A DNA stretch of 64,000 nt from Eledone cirrhosa (taxonomy: Eukaryota): positions 285,076,001 through 285,140,000 of the forward strand of contig OZ024741.1 of assembly GCA_964016885.1 (NCBI GenBank), read 5' to 3'. Under the pieces are notes generated by a model that worked only from the letters and a program-made list of their open reading frames with translations, was not told where the DNA came from and ran no database searches. Below, piece by piece: positions 1 to 17,330 of this stretch (position 1 is the first letter of the stretch; each line of letters opens with the position of its first letter). Position numbers and translations under genes: made by a program.

Positions 1-72
1 AACACTACAAGTGAAGTCATTCTTTTCTTTTTTTACAAATATACCTAACTGTACCTAGGATCTCACATGTTT

Positions 73-172
<100 letters not shown>

Positions 173-308
173 CCCCAGAATTAGCCGTCGAAACGGCTTG
201 AGCTCAGCCGTCGGGGTCTTACTGGTTCCTATTACCCACTCTACTACCCTAAGTATTGAGTACTTTGGTGCGTTATGGTCCACCTGGTTCCTTACCACAT
301 TTCCTTCG

Positions 309-382
<74 letters not shown>

Positions 383-615
383 AAATATGTGAGATCCTTG
401 GTACAGTTAGGTATATTTGAAAAAAAAGAAAAGAATATATATATATATATATATATATATATGGAATAGAATGAAACGAAATTTCATTTCTCACTCTTAG
501 TACGGCAGTTAATTAAATGTAAACTCACTCGATATGCAAATTAGGTTGCTCAGCCGTTAATATGCATAAGGAAAGTATATACTTTCAGACGTTCAACCAT
601 CTGGCAGGAAGGTAT

Positions 616-658
616 ACGATGGTGACGATAGCTAATAGGCTTGAAACTAGTACATCGT
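616..658 (+). ncRNA. Degenerate minimal hammerhead (C3>G)
   Basis: acgatg-GTGACGA-t-agct(aata)ggct-t-GAAA-ctag-TA-catcgt. All stems intact, one core substitution. Confidence 0.55.
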
Positions 659-878
659 TCCTGTGTCAGTGTTGAACAAAAAGGTGACGTAGGTGCCTAA
701 TCACTGTACGGCGTAATTCGAGCTGTTTGTTTGTTTACAAACAAACCGAGCATTATAATAAATGTTCAGTAAACCGATACGTGCATATATATATATGTGC
801 ATGTATGTATATATATACATACTACTGTACGTCTGTATACATATATGTATGTACGTATACATACTTATATATATGTAT

Positions 879-1463
879 TGGTAACATGTATCCCAGTACA
901 ACCTGTCTCATGGTCGGGTCGTTGGCGACTAAACTGGCAACCCCACCAAGGTTTCTTGGTGAGGAGGGTGGCTTTGGACATCCTGCAGGACTAAAAACAA
1001 AACCTGTCAAAAGGAAAAGGGGCTCTTAAGAGTCAATAGCCATCCAAAATCACCGGGAGAGATGACCCCTTAGCCTTTGTCAAGGCAGAATTCTAGGAGA
1101 AGGAAAACTCTGATATAACACCTGCAACCCTGATGGTATCCAATGATGTTGAATTGTTCTTCTTTTTGGTAAATATCATCTTGGTTAAGAGAGTGGGATT
1201 GGCTTTGTGAAGTGCCTTTGCTCACTATAAAAGCTTCACGGCACAGGCATTGCTTTATATCTGGAGATCTCTCTGCACTTGTCGTCACATGGTACCATGG
1301 GCCCAGCACTATGTGTCAATAATTGTCACAAGTGTAGTGTTTGTACCAGAGTTTTCAAGTCGCTGGCTGGACTAAAAAGTCACACTCGTTCAGCGCATTG
1401 GTAGGGGTTCTCCTACATGGATGTAAAGTGGTGGCCGTACTCGAAAACGAGTTGGCAGCCACC
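879..1463 (+). mobile_element. Non-autonomous RTE-derived element (5' UTR fused to 3' end), copy 1
   Basis: RTE-type UTR motif ggagaaggaaaactctga; remnant C2H2 finger [25 protein letters not shown]; 3' stem-loop ctcgaaaacgag; flanking duplication 841-864 / 1464-1487. Confidence 0.7.
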
Positions 1464-1680
1464 ATATATGTATGTACGTATACATACGTATACATACTTA
1501 TATATATATATATATATATATATTAATATTATTATAATATATATATATATTATTATAATAATAATATATATATTTTATTATAATAATATATATATATATT
1601 ATTATAATAATATCTATATTTTATTATGATAATATATATAATTTATTATTATAATAATAATATATATATATTATTATAAT

Positions 1681-1868
1681 AATTGTTTCTACTTTAGGCA
1701 CAAGGCCAGCAATTACCCAGTGCATTACTGGTACTTTATTTTATCGACCCCGTAAGGATGAATGGCAAAGTCAACCTCGGCCGGATTTGAACTCAGATCG
1801 TAAAGGGACGTAACTATGCTGGAAAGCATGGCGTCCGACTCTCTACCGATACTGCCAATCCACCGCCC
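1681..1868 (-). mobile_element. tRNA-derived Nin/Deu-domain SINE (full length, short variant)
   Basis: A box tggcagtatcggt, B box gagttcaaatcc, central ttgccattcatccttacggggtcgataaaataaagtaccag, (ATT)n tail. Confidence 0.85.
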
Positions 1869-1977
1869 TATATATATTATAATAATAATAATAACATATA
1901 TATTTTATTATAATAATATAATATATATATATATATATTAATATATAAATTAATATATATATATATATATATATATA

Positions 1978-2046
<69 letters not shown>

Positions 2047-2179
2047 ATATATATATATATATTAATATATAAATTAATATATATATATATATTAATATAT
2101 ATATATATATATATATTAATATATATACATATATATATATACGTCTGTATACATATATGTATGTACGTATACATACATA

Positions 2180-2237
<58 letters not shown>

Positions 2238-2508
2238 TATTATTATAATATATATATATATTAATATATAAATTAATATATATATATATATATATTAATA
2301 TATAAATTAATATATATATATATTAATATATATATATATATTAATATATATATATATATATATATTAATATATAAATTAATATATATATATATTAATATA
2401 TATATATATATATTAATATATATATATATATATATTAATATATATATATATATTAATATATATATATATATTAATATATATATATATATATTAATATATA
2501 TATATATA

Positions 2509-2550
<42 letters not shown>

Positions 2551-2649
2551 TATATATATATATATATATTAATATATATATATATATATATATATTAATA
2601 TTCTATAAGAATATAACATCAGTAATCTCAGTAGACAGGAGGGGTAGTT

Positions 2650-2695
2650 AGCCTTGATAAGTTTCAACAAAAGCGAAACAAGGCCCTTGTCGGCT
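2650..2695 (+). ncRNA. Type I hammerhead ribozyme, U3-A8 core variant
   Basis: agcc-TTGATAA-gttt(caacaa)aagc-GAAA-caaggcccttg-TC-ggct. Flanks 2624-2644 and 2699-2718 extend stem I. Confidence 0.7.
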
Positions 2696-2878
2696 TATCT
2701 CCCTTGTTTGCTGAGATTAAAGTAAGTGAATTTGTCACTACTCTAAAACAATAGCATACGGTCTTCAAAATGATTTTAATTAAGCATAAAGTGTATTGCA
2801 AAATACATTATATATACATATATATATATATATTAATATATATATATATATATGTATTAATATATATATATATATATA

Positions 2879-2929
<51 letters not shown>

Positions 2930-2972
2930 AATAATAGTAATAATAATAAAATTGAAGACTAAAATCCAAAGA

Positions 2973-3012
<40 letters not shown>

Positions 3013-3557
3013 AATATATATATATATATTATTATAATATATATATATATATATTATAATATATATATATAAATATATATATTATTATAATATATATAAA
3101 TATATATATTATTATAATAGATATATATATATATATATTATTATTATAATATATATAAATATATATATTATAATAATATATATATTATAATAATATATAT
3201 AAATATATATATATTAATATATATTATATATATATATTAATATATATATATTAATATATATAAAAATATATATATTATTATTATAATAATATATATATTT
3301 TTAAGGTTAACTTTGCATTTCATCCTTACGGCGTCGATAAAATAAAGTACCAGTAATGTACTGGAAATTGCTGGGCGAAACGTACGTGCTTACGCTCTGC
3401 TTACGCTCTGCTAACTCTCTAGCCCACTAAATATTAACACTTCGAATATTTAATACTGCCGGCACTAGTATCGAGCACCTTTGGCATACGCTACTTGGCA
3501 AATAACTATATGTATCACCTATCCCTCCTTTTTCTCTCTTTCTCGATACGTAAATAC

Positions 3558-5517
<1,960 letters not shown>

Positions 5518-5648
5518 AAGGAAAAGCAAAGTAGTTTCAGATGTTCATGATGAACATCTGAAACTACTTCGCTCTTCCTTATTTACTCCGTCACTCCTAT
5601 GTGGAAAAAGTACGTTGAGTACTTGAATTGAATTGCATCAATGTTTAC

Positions 5649-6064
<416 letters not shown>

Positions 6065-6086
6065 ATATGCATATATATATATATAT

Positions 6087-6132
<46 letters not shown>

Positions 6133-6329
6133 CTTTTGAGGGAACCCCAAAGCCTAATACTGTTATTCAGTTGTAATATAAATATACCCCTTTACCTCTT
6201 CTCATGGGCTCCAGACACTCCTTTGCGGAACCCACTTTGGGAACCACTAGTCTTAGAGAAGAGATAGATGACAGAGCGAGTTAGGACCACACGACAGCCT
6301 CTTTATAATGACGGCAAGTTATTTTTGAT

Positions 6330-6418
6330 TGACTTTGCCTTTCATCCTTACGGGGTCGATAAAATAAAGTACCAGTAATGCACTGGGTAATTGCTGGCCT
6401 TGTGCCTAAAGTAGAAAC
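6330..6418 (+). mobile_element. 5'-truncated Nin-domain SINE with 13-bp TSD
   Basis: TSD agttatttttgat at 6317-6329 and 6419-6431. Confidence 0.85.
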
Positions 6419-6582
6419 AGTTATTTTTGATAGATAACAGATGGCCTCAGAATGTTTTCTTTCATGCCACGTGTGCTGTACTAAAAATGTGTAAATTTAT
6501 GTATACACTTTACTGAGTCTCAGATATTTCTATTCTGTTCATATATAGATATAACTTAATTTTACACGTACGCTGCATAGCT

Positions 6583-7137
<555 letters not shown>

Positions 7138-7322
7138 TAGTTATACATCTATTTGTTTTGAATTGATATGTCACTGTGTGTGTGTTTGATCGTCGTTTGA
7201 ATAATCATCATTACAAAGATCAATGTCAAGAACATCTGTGCGCCTGTGTGTAATATATATGTATACATGTGCGTGTATATATATGTGTGTATGTATGTGT
7301 GTGTGTGTGTTTGTTTGCTTGT

Positions 7323-7353
<31 letters not shown>

Positions 7354-7973
7354 CCTATACATATAGATGCACGTACGTACTTACGTATGTCTGTGCGTAC
7401 GTATGTAAGTATTTATGTGTGAATATATATTTTTGTTTCTTATTGATATCGCTTGAACTTTGGTACGGCAGCTGGTTCAACTAGCTTTCTGTTGGACAAA
7501 GAACTCTGAATGGACGTTGCTTACATTCAGCTTCATTGTCGTCAATCAGAAACAGCACGTTATTTTGGAATACATTAATTATTTTATGTTACTTACAATT
7601 GACCTTATCCACCCAGCTACGTGAAATAGGAGAACATGAAATACTACTGAGCCTGGCTGGCCCTACCCATAAATCATCTAGGCATCCGTCAAAGAGTGCG
7701 ACCCGTGTGCTATTAAACCACCATTTTATCCATATTTCTATAATTAAATATATAATTTCCTGCAATCAATAAATGAATCACCAAACATATTTATCTCTAG
7801 CAGCATTGTGTTAATGTCCAAATATGGTGTTATGACCTGTCACATGAGTTGATGTGGGTGAGTGGATTGTGCAGTAGAAAATGCAGGCTTAGAAATTTTC
7901 TTAGTGCGGTCAAAGCAAGAAGTCTCAAAAACTAAGTTTGTGAGCTTACCACATTGTAAATTAACATTATGAA

Positions 7974-8113
7974 AGAGTTACGGCCCTTTATGGTCTGAGT
8001 TCAAATCCCGCCGAGGTTAACTTTGCCTTTCATCCTTACGGGGTCGATAAAATAAAGTACCTGTAATACACTGGAATAATTGCTGGCCTTGTGTCAAAAG
8101 TAGAAACAATTAT
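7974..8113 (+). mobile_element. Nin-domain SINE
   Basis: B box, central domain and tail match the family consensus. Confidence 0.85.
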
Positions 8114-9033
8114 TTTATTTGGCAGAACAGAATGCCTCACTGCTAGAAGGCGCACAGTGTAGGGCAAGCCTAGGGCAAACCTAGGGCACCAAATACACAA
8201 GCACCATCCCTGATATCGAATATTTATTTAGTCCAGCACTGTATTGTTTTGTTTCCGCTCACATGTCACCCTTAAAATCAGAAATAATATTTTAAGTGGG
8301 TTTTATATAAAGACTTTACAACATCATTGTTTTTCTTCTGTTTTCTTGCTATTGTTAATAATATATAATCCTCAGGTGAAAATAATAGAATCCATTATGC
8401 CACAAAAATTATTCAAAATTGGCTGCTATTAAGCTGATTTAAAGCTAATTGCACAAAAATTACTATTTTATAATTATTTGAAGATAATGGAAAATTAATT
8501 TCCGAAACCGCTGGAATGATTTGCTGTGAATCCATTTCCTCAACAGTTGTTAGTTTCATTTAACATTTTGAAGCAACTTATCAGTAATTTAATACTGTCT
8601 CCATTTTAAAACCTGTCTCCTTCGGAATGCAATTATACTTGCTTGGGTCTGTTATATTATACTAATACTTTACCCGGGATTTTACGGAAGGAATAAATAA
8701 CATTCAGTATCATTAGGAAGGACGGAAGTGAGGAATTAAGGAAGCAAGGCATTCCTAAGTCGAATGTTCGCAGAGTGGTCTCCGTTAAGGCTTCCAATGG
8801 TGGTATTTGAAACGAGGTGACGCATTTTCGGACTATATTTTTGTATGATTTTTCTTCGTCTTACTTCAACTATGCTGAAGAATGGTTTTGGACAGGAAGT
8901 TGTAGCGTGTGTGTGTGTATTGAGAAGTTCATTAGCAGCCGAAGTGTGCAATAAAGTTATATTCTACATAAATACAGAGTGTGTAATCGAAACTGCACCA
9001 TCATTCATAAATACATATATCTTATATGTAGGC

Positions 9034-9078
<45 letters not shown>

Positions 9079-9986
9079 TCACGGGTTCAATCGGGGGAGG
9101 GGTAGCCACAGTAAGTAAGCTACTCAATACATAGCAGAGTATATATTTTTAACATAGAAATTGCTTCTACAGGACTAAAATTATTTCATTCGAAGGAAAT
9201 CATCAGGAAAGCCGACTGTCAAAGAGATATAGTGGTATTTATAAATTTGCTGGTGGTAGGGGAAGGTGGTGGTTGATTGATGGATTTAAAGAATGGGGAT
9301 TCTTTGAAAAAACTATATTTAGAGAAAAATACATAGTGATTCAGAATGATACAAATCCAGGCACTACTAATTTTCAAGGTTCATTTATTCTAAGCAAACA
9401 AAGGGTTTTCCTCAAGTGGCTGTATTAGCATGCTCTTTTAAAGGATGGTGAAGTCTGCAAACTGGTCAGGTGTTTACACACACATACATATATGTATATA
9501 TATATATATATATGAGGGAAGTAAAAACAATAACAACGCAGTACAAGTTTGGCGGACTGGGTCTAAAAATATTGGTTGCCAGAAGATAAAGGGGGCGCAC
9601 CCATAGATAGAATGCTATCGTTTAATTTTTATAATGAATAAATAACATTTTCAAAAAATACATAAGTGAAAACAAAACAGTGCAATCAAAATTTTGCGGA
9701 AAAAAATGTGTAATTTTTACTAATTATAATGTACATATATACTGTACATATTACGGGCAGTATACAGTAATACTAAATGTTAATACAGAATGTTATAATT
9801 GAATTTTTAAATAATTGTGAATGTATAATATACTGTCCTTCTCCAATAAAAAGTATACACATCCATAATGAACTTTGGTCTTTCACACTCATTCAATATA
9901 TATATATGGGAGTATGTGTATGTGTGTACATGTGTATATATAGATTTATATACATGTTTTCAACTTGTACAAACATTATTTGACTT

Positions 9987-10161
9987 GTATCGGTAGAGGG
10001 TCGGACGCCATGCTTTGACGCATAGAGTTACGGCCCTTGCCATTCTGAGTTCAAATCCCGCCGAGGTTAACTTTGCCTTTCATCCTTATGGGGTCGATAA
10101 AATAAAGTACCAGTAATACACTGGGTAATTGCTGGCCTTGTGCCAAAAGTAGAAACAATTA
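9987..10161 (+). mobile_element. Nin-domain SINE
   Basis: Near full-length consensus match. Confidence 0.85.
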
Positions 10162-10589
10162 TATAGATTAGCTATAATATAAAACAATAACTTTGAGTCA
10201 ACCGTCTCGAATAGAGGATCACGTTACACACTAAAGAGAACTCTGGGTTGTGTATTTACTTTTGAGAGCTGAAACAGCTTGTCTGTATACAAACTATTGT
10301 GGGCGCAAGCATGGCTACGTGGTTAAGAAGTTCGCCTCACAATCTTGAAATTTCCGTTTCAATTCCTCTGCATGGCTTAATGTGCAAGTGTTTTTTACCA
10401 TAGCAGGGGGTTAATTCAAGCCTTGTGTATGAAATTGTGTATGAAGCTTTGTGCAAACCTGTTGGATGTAACTTTTATCCAAAGATCCAACTTTGTCACA
10501 TATTGTGTCACGCAGATTCGGCTTGGGAATTACGTTCAGAGTGGGGGGGGGGGGGGGTAGGAAGTAAAGAAGGAAGGAAGATATCCCCA

Positions 10590-10965
10590 AACCGGAAACC
10601 TGATGCGAATCTTTGCAGGCAGACTGGACTCCACTAAGGCTTTCAAAGGCTATGTTGTAGTGTTACATCGCGTGACACATTTTAGCATCAGATCTTTGTA
10701 TGCTCTTTATTCGCCTTCATTCGACTGGACCCTGGAGAAAGATTTTTGACAGGGAGTTGTGACAAGATACATGTACATACATGGAGACTTTCCGTCTTTT
10801 CACTGTTGCAAGAAGTGGTTCCTGTCTGCTATTGTATTTGGGAACTTGCTGTGTGACAAAACTGTTTGTTTTGTGCTCTGTGTATGAGATGCCTAGCAGC
10901 CTTCTGAATCACTTCTGGATTTGAAAAGCCCGAGTTTCTTGTTCCATGATCTCAAACATCCCTTA
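10590..10965 (-). pseudogene. Old RTE-clade LINE C-terminal fragment
   Basis: Minus strand: FRRLLGISYTEHKTNSFV..QEPLLATVKRRK...HNSLSKIFLQG. Confidence 0.7.
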
Positions 10966-11739
10966 CTTATTCATATAAATGATGAGAATTTATCACCAAC
11001 TTTTATCAGTTCAGTTAATTCCTGTTCGGTTTAGAAATGAAAACAAAACTTGAATGAATTTGTATTCCAAGTATAAGCAAACGAAAATCGGAAATTAAAA
11101 TTCCAACTCGATTTAAAAAAAAAAATCTTTTCGCTTCTAACTTTAGCTTTGTTACTGAGAAAAGGAGCTGTGGTTTTGCAATGGTTGGAAGTCCTGTCCC
11201 GACTTGATATCAAGTGATGAAAGAGTGCCTTGACATCATCAAGTCCATTGTTTCTTAGGTCGACCACTCGCCTTGTGTCTAGACACCCATTTGTCATGCG
11301 TATGTTGGCTGGCTGCTGGGTTAGCATGCTCGTGACGTGTCTTATTATTTGTCACATTATTTATATTCTAAATTTCTGGTCGAATCTGCTTCGTAATGTT
11401 CTGTCATTCTATATTGTCTCAGATCAGCTAAATCTCATATGGTACTGTTAACTATGTTTTATTTTGTTTTTCAACAAACCGCCTGAAATCGACTTTGATT
11501 CTGTGATACAAAACTGTGTATTTCTTCTTCTCCTCCTCCTTCTCCTCCTCATCCTTCTTAAGAACCCCATCTCTTCTCCATGCCTTTCCCTTCTTACCCT
11601 ACCCCCTTCCTCCTTACACTATGCTGTCAATCTTATAGTTTCGTCTTCATTCTCTTTTTTACCTTATTAATCTAGCCTGAGCGTCTCTTTAAATATGCAG
11701 CTAAATCTCAATTACTTGATATCCAACGAACAGATACAA

Positions 11740-11804
<65 letters not shown>

Positions 11805-12526
11805 AGCGGATACATACATTTACACGTTCTTGGACACAACAACCTAACTACATACACACAGACATGAACAACCAACCCACGTAAACAAACTCACACACAT
11901 TACATACTCATACACGCATTAAATCATCTATGGAAGTAAATTGGTTTTAATTATTTAAAATATGCGGAAATAGAACAACAACAATAACAACAACATAAAC
12001 ACATTTAGCAAGTACAACCTCAATGCTGAGGACACCTGTACAAAAACAACACACCACCATGAGGCTCCCGAAATTAACAACAACAACAACAACAGTAACA
12101 TTACCAACAAGCTCCAGAAATTGACAACAATAGCAGCAGCAATAACAACAACAATAACAAAAACTGCACAAACAAACCTAATAACAATGACATATCAAAC
12201 GGCAATGTCGACATTAAACTACAATAACAGCGTCACTTCACTAAACAACAACATAAAAACAAAAACAAAACAATAATGATTACAACAAAAACAACAACAG
12301 CAATAGTACACGTGTCTTCGTTTGCTTCCATGTTAGCAGATAATTATTTAATCGAATAAACATGCAATTTGTTAAAAGAATTTAGAAATTATCGCCACCG
12401 CTGTGAATTCCATCATAACTAAATAGGTAAGAGTAATGGCATGACAGAATTGTAAGAATGTCTGATACAATGTATTTGTTCTGGTTTTCTAAGGTTCTCA
12501 GTCCAAAGCCTTTTTATCCTTCCGGG

Positions 12527-13035
12527 GTGTAGCGTTGGAGACCCCTGACAACGAACTTCTTATCTCAATGGCAGCTCACCTTACCGAGGTGTCAGGTGAT
12601 GCCTGTGAGGGTGCCTGGTTATTTCAGCGCCAGAGCCTCGCCATCATCCGTGGTAATGCTGCGAGCCTGTTGGCTCAAAGTGTTTAGTTAACCCCTAAGG
12701 TGTGAGGTGCGGCCGATTATCGTACTTGGTGGTGAACTTCCCCACCCCCTTTTTCCTTCTTTCTTCTCTCCTTTATCATTTTTGTTCAATGAATTGATAT
12801 TATTGTGTTATACAATGTCCTTCTGAACGAATTGCGAGCAATTTGTAATGTCATTTACGCATTTGTAACGTTATTTATGTATGAGGTTGACTTTGCCTTT
12901 CATCCTTACGGGGTCGATAAAATAAAGTACCAGTAATGCACTGGGTAATTGCTGGCCTTGTGCCTAAAGTAGAAACAGTTATTTATGTATATATTTCAAA
13001 CATATTTGCCATGTTATTCTACTGTAAATTTATAT
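12527..13035 (+). mobile_element. CRE-clade 3' fragment plus UTR, following a SINE 5' part and interrupted by another SINE
   Basis: Encodes GDACEGAWLFQRQSLAIIRGNAASLL*. Confidence 0.7.
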
Positions 13036-13697
13036 TATAGGGTCGGACGCCATGCTTTCCAACTTAGTTACGTCCCTTTACAATTTGAGTTCAAATCCCG
13101 CCGAGGTTAACTTTACCTTTCATTCTTACGGGGTCGATAAAATAAAGTAACAGTAATACACTGGGTATTGCTGGCCTTGTGCCAAAAGTACAAACAATTA
13201 TTAATCTGTATATATTCAACTTATCGATTAAAATATCTCAAATACAATACTGCGCTAGGTATAATAGACAGTTACTCGCCTCTAGATGTCTAGCCTTGTG
13301 CCAGTAACTATGCAAAGCATTAGAAGATCGGACAGCATGCTTTGTGGCATGTAATTACGATCCGTTACGTTCTGAGTTCAATTCCTGCCAAGGTTAGCTT
13401 TGCCTGTCATCATTATGGGGTCGATAAAATAAAGTACCAGTAATGCACTGGAATCGATTGAATCAACTTTTCCCCTTCATTCAAATTGCTGGCCTTGTGC
13501 CAAATGTAGAAACAATTATTGCAATATTTAATTATCGATTTCGAAATTAGGCCGGCAAAGTTGATGAAATCAACTCTAATACTTGACTGGTACTTTATTT
13601 TAACGATCCTGGAAAGACTAAAGGTAAAGTTGACCCCGGCGAAACATAACCATATTGGCATTTTATACGACGCTAGACCACGTCTGCCAATCCACCA
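12883..13697. mobile_element. Cluster of four Nin-domain SINEs (12883-12977 +, 13038-13203 +, 13318-13520 +, 13545-13697 -)
   Basis: Consensus matches; the first has TSD gttatttatgtat (12870-12882, 12978-12990). Confidence 0.8.
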
Positions 13698-14114
13698 CTC
13701 ATCATATATGTATACTCTCGAGTTCCACATAATGGGGGGAGGGGGATAATTTTTCTAGGTTATCTCCCTTGGTTTTTTAAAAACAAGTATTAATCTTTTA
13801 GTTTACATATTGAGACCCCAATCCACCCTATTTATTTTATAACGTATGTTCATGTTCTTTTTTTTTTTTTTTGTCATGTATAATGGGTTTTTTAATGACT
13901 AAAGAAAATTAATTATCGCAGGAATGCTACTATTTAAAATAAAATTTCGCAGGAGATAGATTAACGAAATTTAATAAGTGCGAGATGAGGTGGAATAAGA
14001 ATAGATGTGCTTGTCCTGGTTTCGTGGCATAAACGACTGAGAGTACAAGACTCCTCCCTAGACAGGACACCAGTCTCTCTCTCTCTCTCTATATATGTAT
14101 ATATACAAATGTAA

Positions 14115-14530
14115 TCGGTCATTCTCTGACAAGCCAGGCCCCTAGCAGTGGAGACTTCTGGTGTCCTTGGCCCTAGGGCTACCTACCACCCTACCTACCA
14201 CCTGAGTTGGCTAGCCGCAGGTGTGACCTCGCAAGATGGAATGGCTCATCCAGTGCATCTCCCTTACTATCATCCGGAGAAACGCCTTCTCCATTCCCTC
14301 CGCCGAGGCTGTGGGGCGGCCAGCACGTGGAACCCATTTGCTCATAATACAGAGAGATGGGGAGCGGAGAGAGATGGAGGTGATTACAGTGAGAGTTCGG
14401 CTCTTCTGTGTTCGGACCTGGTGTGCAGCATCAGTTGTCCGTAAGGAGGTAGTGATTGTACTAAATATTAGCCTGCAACAGGAATAACCATATTCATGCT
14501 GATGTGCCACATAATAAATATATTTGAATT
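14115..14530 (+). mobile_element. CRE-clade 3' fragment
   Basis: VETSGVLGPRAT...EWLIQCISLTIIRRNAFSI, homologous to 32750-32950. Confidence 0.75.
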
Positions 14531-14953
14531 ATGTGCTTCTCAATAAAATGGCTCAATAGACAATATCTAGAGCATATATATATATATATATATATGAAGT
14601 GATGTTTTGGTTGTTGAGGAAGAAGATGATAAACACGACAAATACAAATAATTCTGGTTGAATTTATATCTTTACTCCAGCAAAACGGAAAAAAAAATGA
14701 TTATTTCTAATTGTAAATATAAAGTTTGATTATAGTATTCACAAACGAATATAGTGTTCAATAAGGTTTCTGCATTGTGCGGGAGTCCCTTTGTTTAAAA
14801 AGTGACAAGTTGTAGTCAGACAGTATGTACCAGCAGAGGGAGTAGTAAACTATTATGATGTTGCGTTGTACAAGCGCAGTGAGAGGGAAATGTGTTGTCT
14901 AGGAGAAGAGGCAGATGACTAACTGTTGGGTTCCAGTACAGGCTATTTATAAT

Positions 14954-15137
14954 TGATTCTACTTTTGGCACAAGGCCAGCAATTATCCCAGTGTATTACA
15001 GGTACTTTATTTTATCGACCCCGTAAGGATGAAAGGCAAAGTTAACCTCGACGGGATTTGAACTCTGATCATAAAGGGCCGTAACTCGTTGCTGCAAAGC
15101 ATGGTGTCCGACTCTCTACCGATACTGCCAATTCACC
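14954..15137 (-). mobile_element. Nin-domain SINE with 12-bp TSD
   Basis: TSD gctatttataat at 14942-14953 and 15138-15149. Confidence 0.85.
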
Positions 15138-15321
15138 GCTATTTATAATGACGGTTAGTTATTTATGATAGATAATATAGCCCAAGAATATGTTTTCCTT
15201 CCTAGGAATGGTGCTGTAAAATCCTACCCACAGGAGAATTTGTTTATTGTCTTCTCTGCGAAGTCACAGGTCACTTCTCGGGGGCCGTGTCAGTATGTGA
15301 AAAGAGAACCCATTTCCTTCA

Positions 15322-15464
<143 letters not shown>

Positions 15465-15637
15465 CATATATATGCACATACATACATACATATACATATA
15501 CATACATATACATATATATACATATACATACATATATATATATATACATATACATATACATACATATATATATATATACATATACATACATACGTATATA
15601 TATACACATACATACATACATATATATACACATACAT

Positions 15638-16243
15638 GGTGGCTGCCAACTCGTTTTCGAGTACGGCCACTACTTTATATCCATGTAGGAGAACCCCTAC
15701 CGAAGCGCTGAACGAGTGCCACTTTTTAGTCCAGCCAGCAACTTGAAAAGTCTGGTACAAACACTACACTTGTGACAATTATTGACACATAGTGCTGGGC
15801 CCATGGTACCATGTGACGACAAGTGCAGAGAGATCTCCAGATATAAAGCAATGCCTGTGCCGTGAAGCTTTTATAGTGAGCAAAGGCACTGCACAAAGCC
15901 AGTCCCACTCTCTTAACCAAGATGATATTTACCAAAAAGAAGAACAAGTCAACATCATTGGATACCATCAGGGTTGCAGGTGTTATATCAAAGTTTTCCT
16001 TCTTCTAGAATTCTGCCTTGACGAAGGCTAAGGGGTCATCTCTCCCGGTGATTTTGGATGGCCATTGACTCTTTAGAGCTCTTTTGCCCTTTGACAGGTT
16101 TTGTTTTTAGTCCTGCAGGATGTCCAAAGTCACCCTCCTCACCAAGAAACCTTGGTAGGGTTGCCAGTTTAGTCGCTAACGACCCGACCATGGGACAGGT
16201 TGTACTGGGATACATGTTACCAGTAGCACCAACTGGTGACCTG
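15638..16243 (-). mobile_element. Non-autonomous RTE-derived element, copy 2
   Basis: Near-identical reverse complement of 879-1463, with about 20 extra 5' nt, inside a (TA/CA)n tract. Confidence 0.75.
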
Positions 16244-16555
16244 ACACATACATACATATATATATACATACATATATATATATACACATACATACATACA
16301 TATATATACACATACATACATACATATATATATACACATACATACATACATATATATATATACACATACATACATATATATATATACACATACATACATA
16401 TATATATACACATACATACATACATACATATATATATACACATACATACATATATATATACACATACATACATATATATATACACATACATACATACATA
16501 TATATATACACATACATACATACATATATATATACACATACATATATATATATAT

Positions 16556-16638
<83 letters not shown>

Positions 16639-16828
16639 TGGTAGCTTAGTAAAATCGAAGCTTTGGCTGTAGCCAAGCAAAGTCGACCTACAATAAGTAA
16701 TGAGTAGCAGAGCACTCAATAAGGGTGGATTCTTAGAGTAATAACATTACGTTTAAATAGCGTGAAGAATTGAAAATTGCGGTAGGCAAAACCCAACCAT
16801 ACAATACCAAAACGAGATAGATAGATAT

Positions 16829-17330
16829 ATTTCTTTATTAGCCACAAGGGCGCACAAGAAAAGGGGACAATACAAAGACATGCCCGGGATTTTACATACA
16901 GTCATGTAAAATATAAAAACAAACAATTACAACAATCGAAATCCCCAATAGGGGGGAGGCGCCACAAATGGGTTGTTTAATACCCCGTCGATAGAACAAC
17001 CCTCAACTCAAGGAGCGTGTTGTGTAAGTGCTCCTTTCTTCCTTTTGCTCTCTTCTTCAACCTACAGGCTTATAAACAGAGAAGGCCCAATCACTCGAGC
17101 CATTTTTGCTTCATTCACCCACCTTTCAGTAAATTTACTGGGGTGCAGTGCCTCTCTCTCCACCCTGATTCTCCTTCTAAAGTGATACTTAAAGAAGGGA
17201 ATCAATTGTTGTCCGGAGAGAAAGGCATCTGTCCTCAGTCCTCTCAACCTCGTCCACCATATCACTTCTTTCACCATAGCCACCGTACAGAGGAAAACCG
17301 CCTCTCTTTCGTTTTTGAAAGAGGCTGGCG
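16829..17330 (-). mobile_element. L1/Tx1-clade LINE 3' end with UTR and AATAAA
   Basis: VAMVKEVIWWTRLRGLRTD..RVERE..FTERW, homologous to the 20980 copy; flanked by (GATA)n on both sides. Confidence 0.75.

Noticed and set aside
1681-1868. tRNA genes suggested by A/B boxes
   Set aside because: No cloverleaf; these are SINE heads with tails and TSDs.
6131-6250. hAT-like MITE end (tttgggaaccact)
   Set aside because: No matching second terminus or TSD seen.
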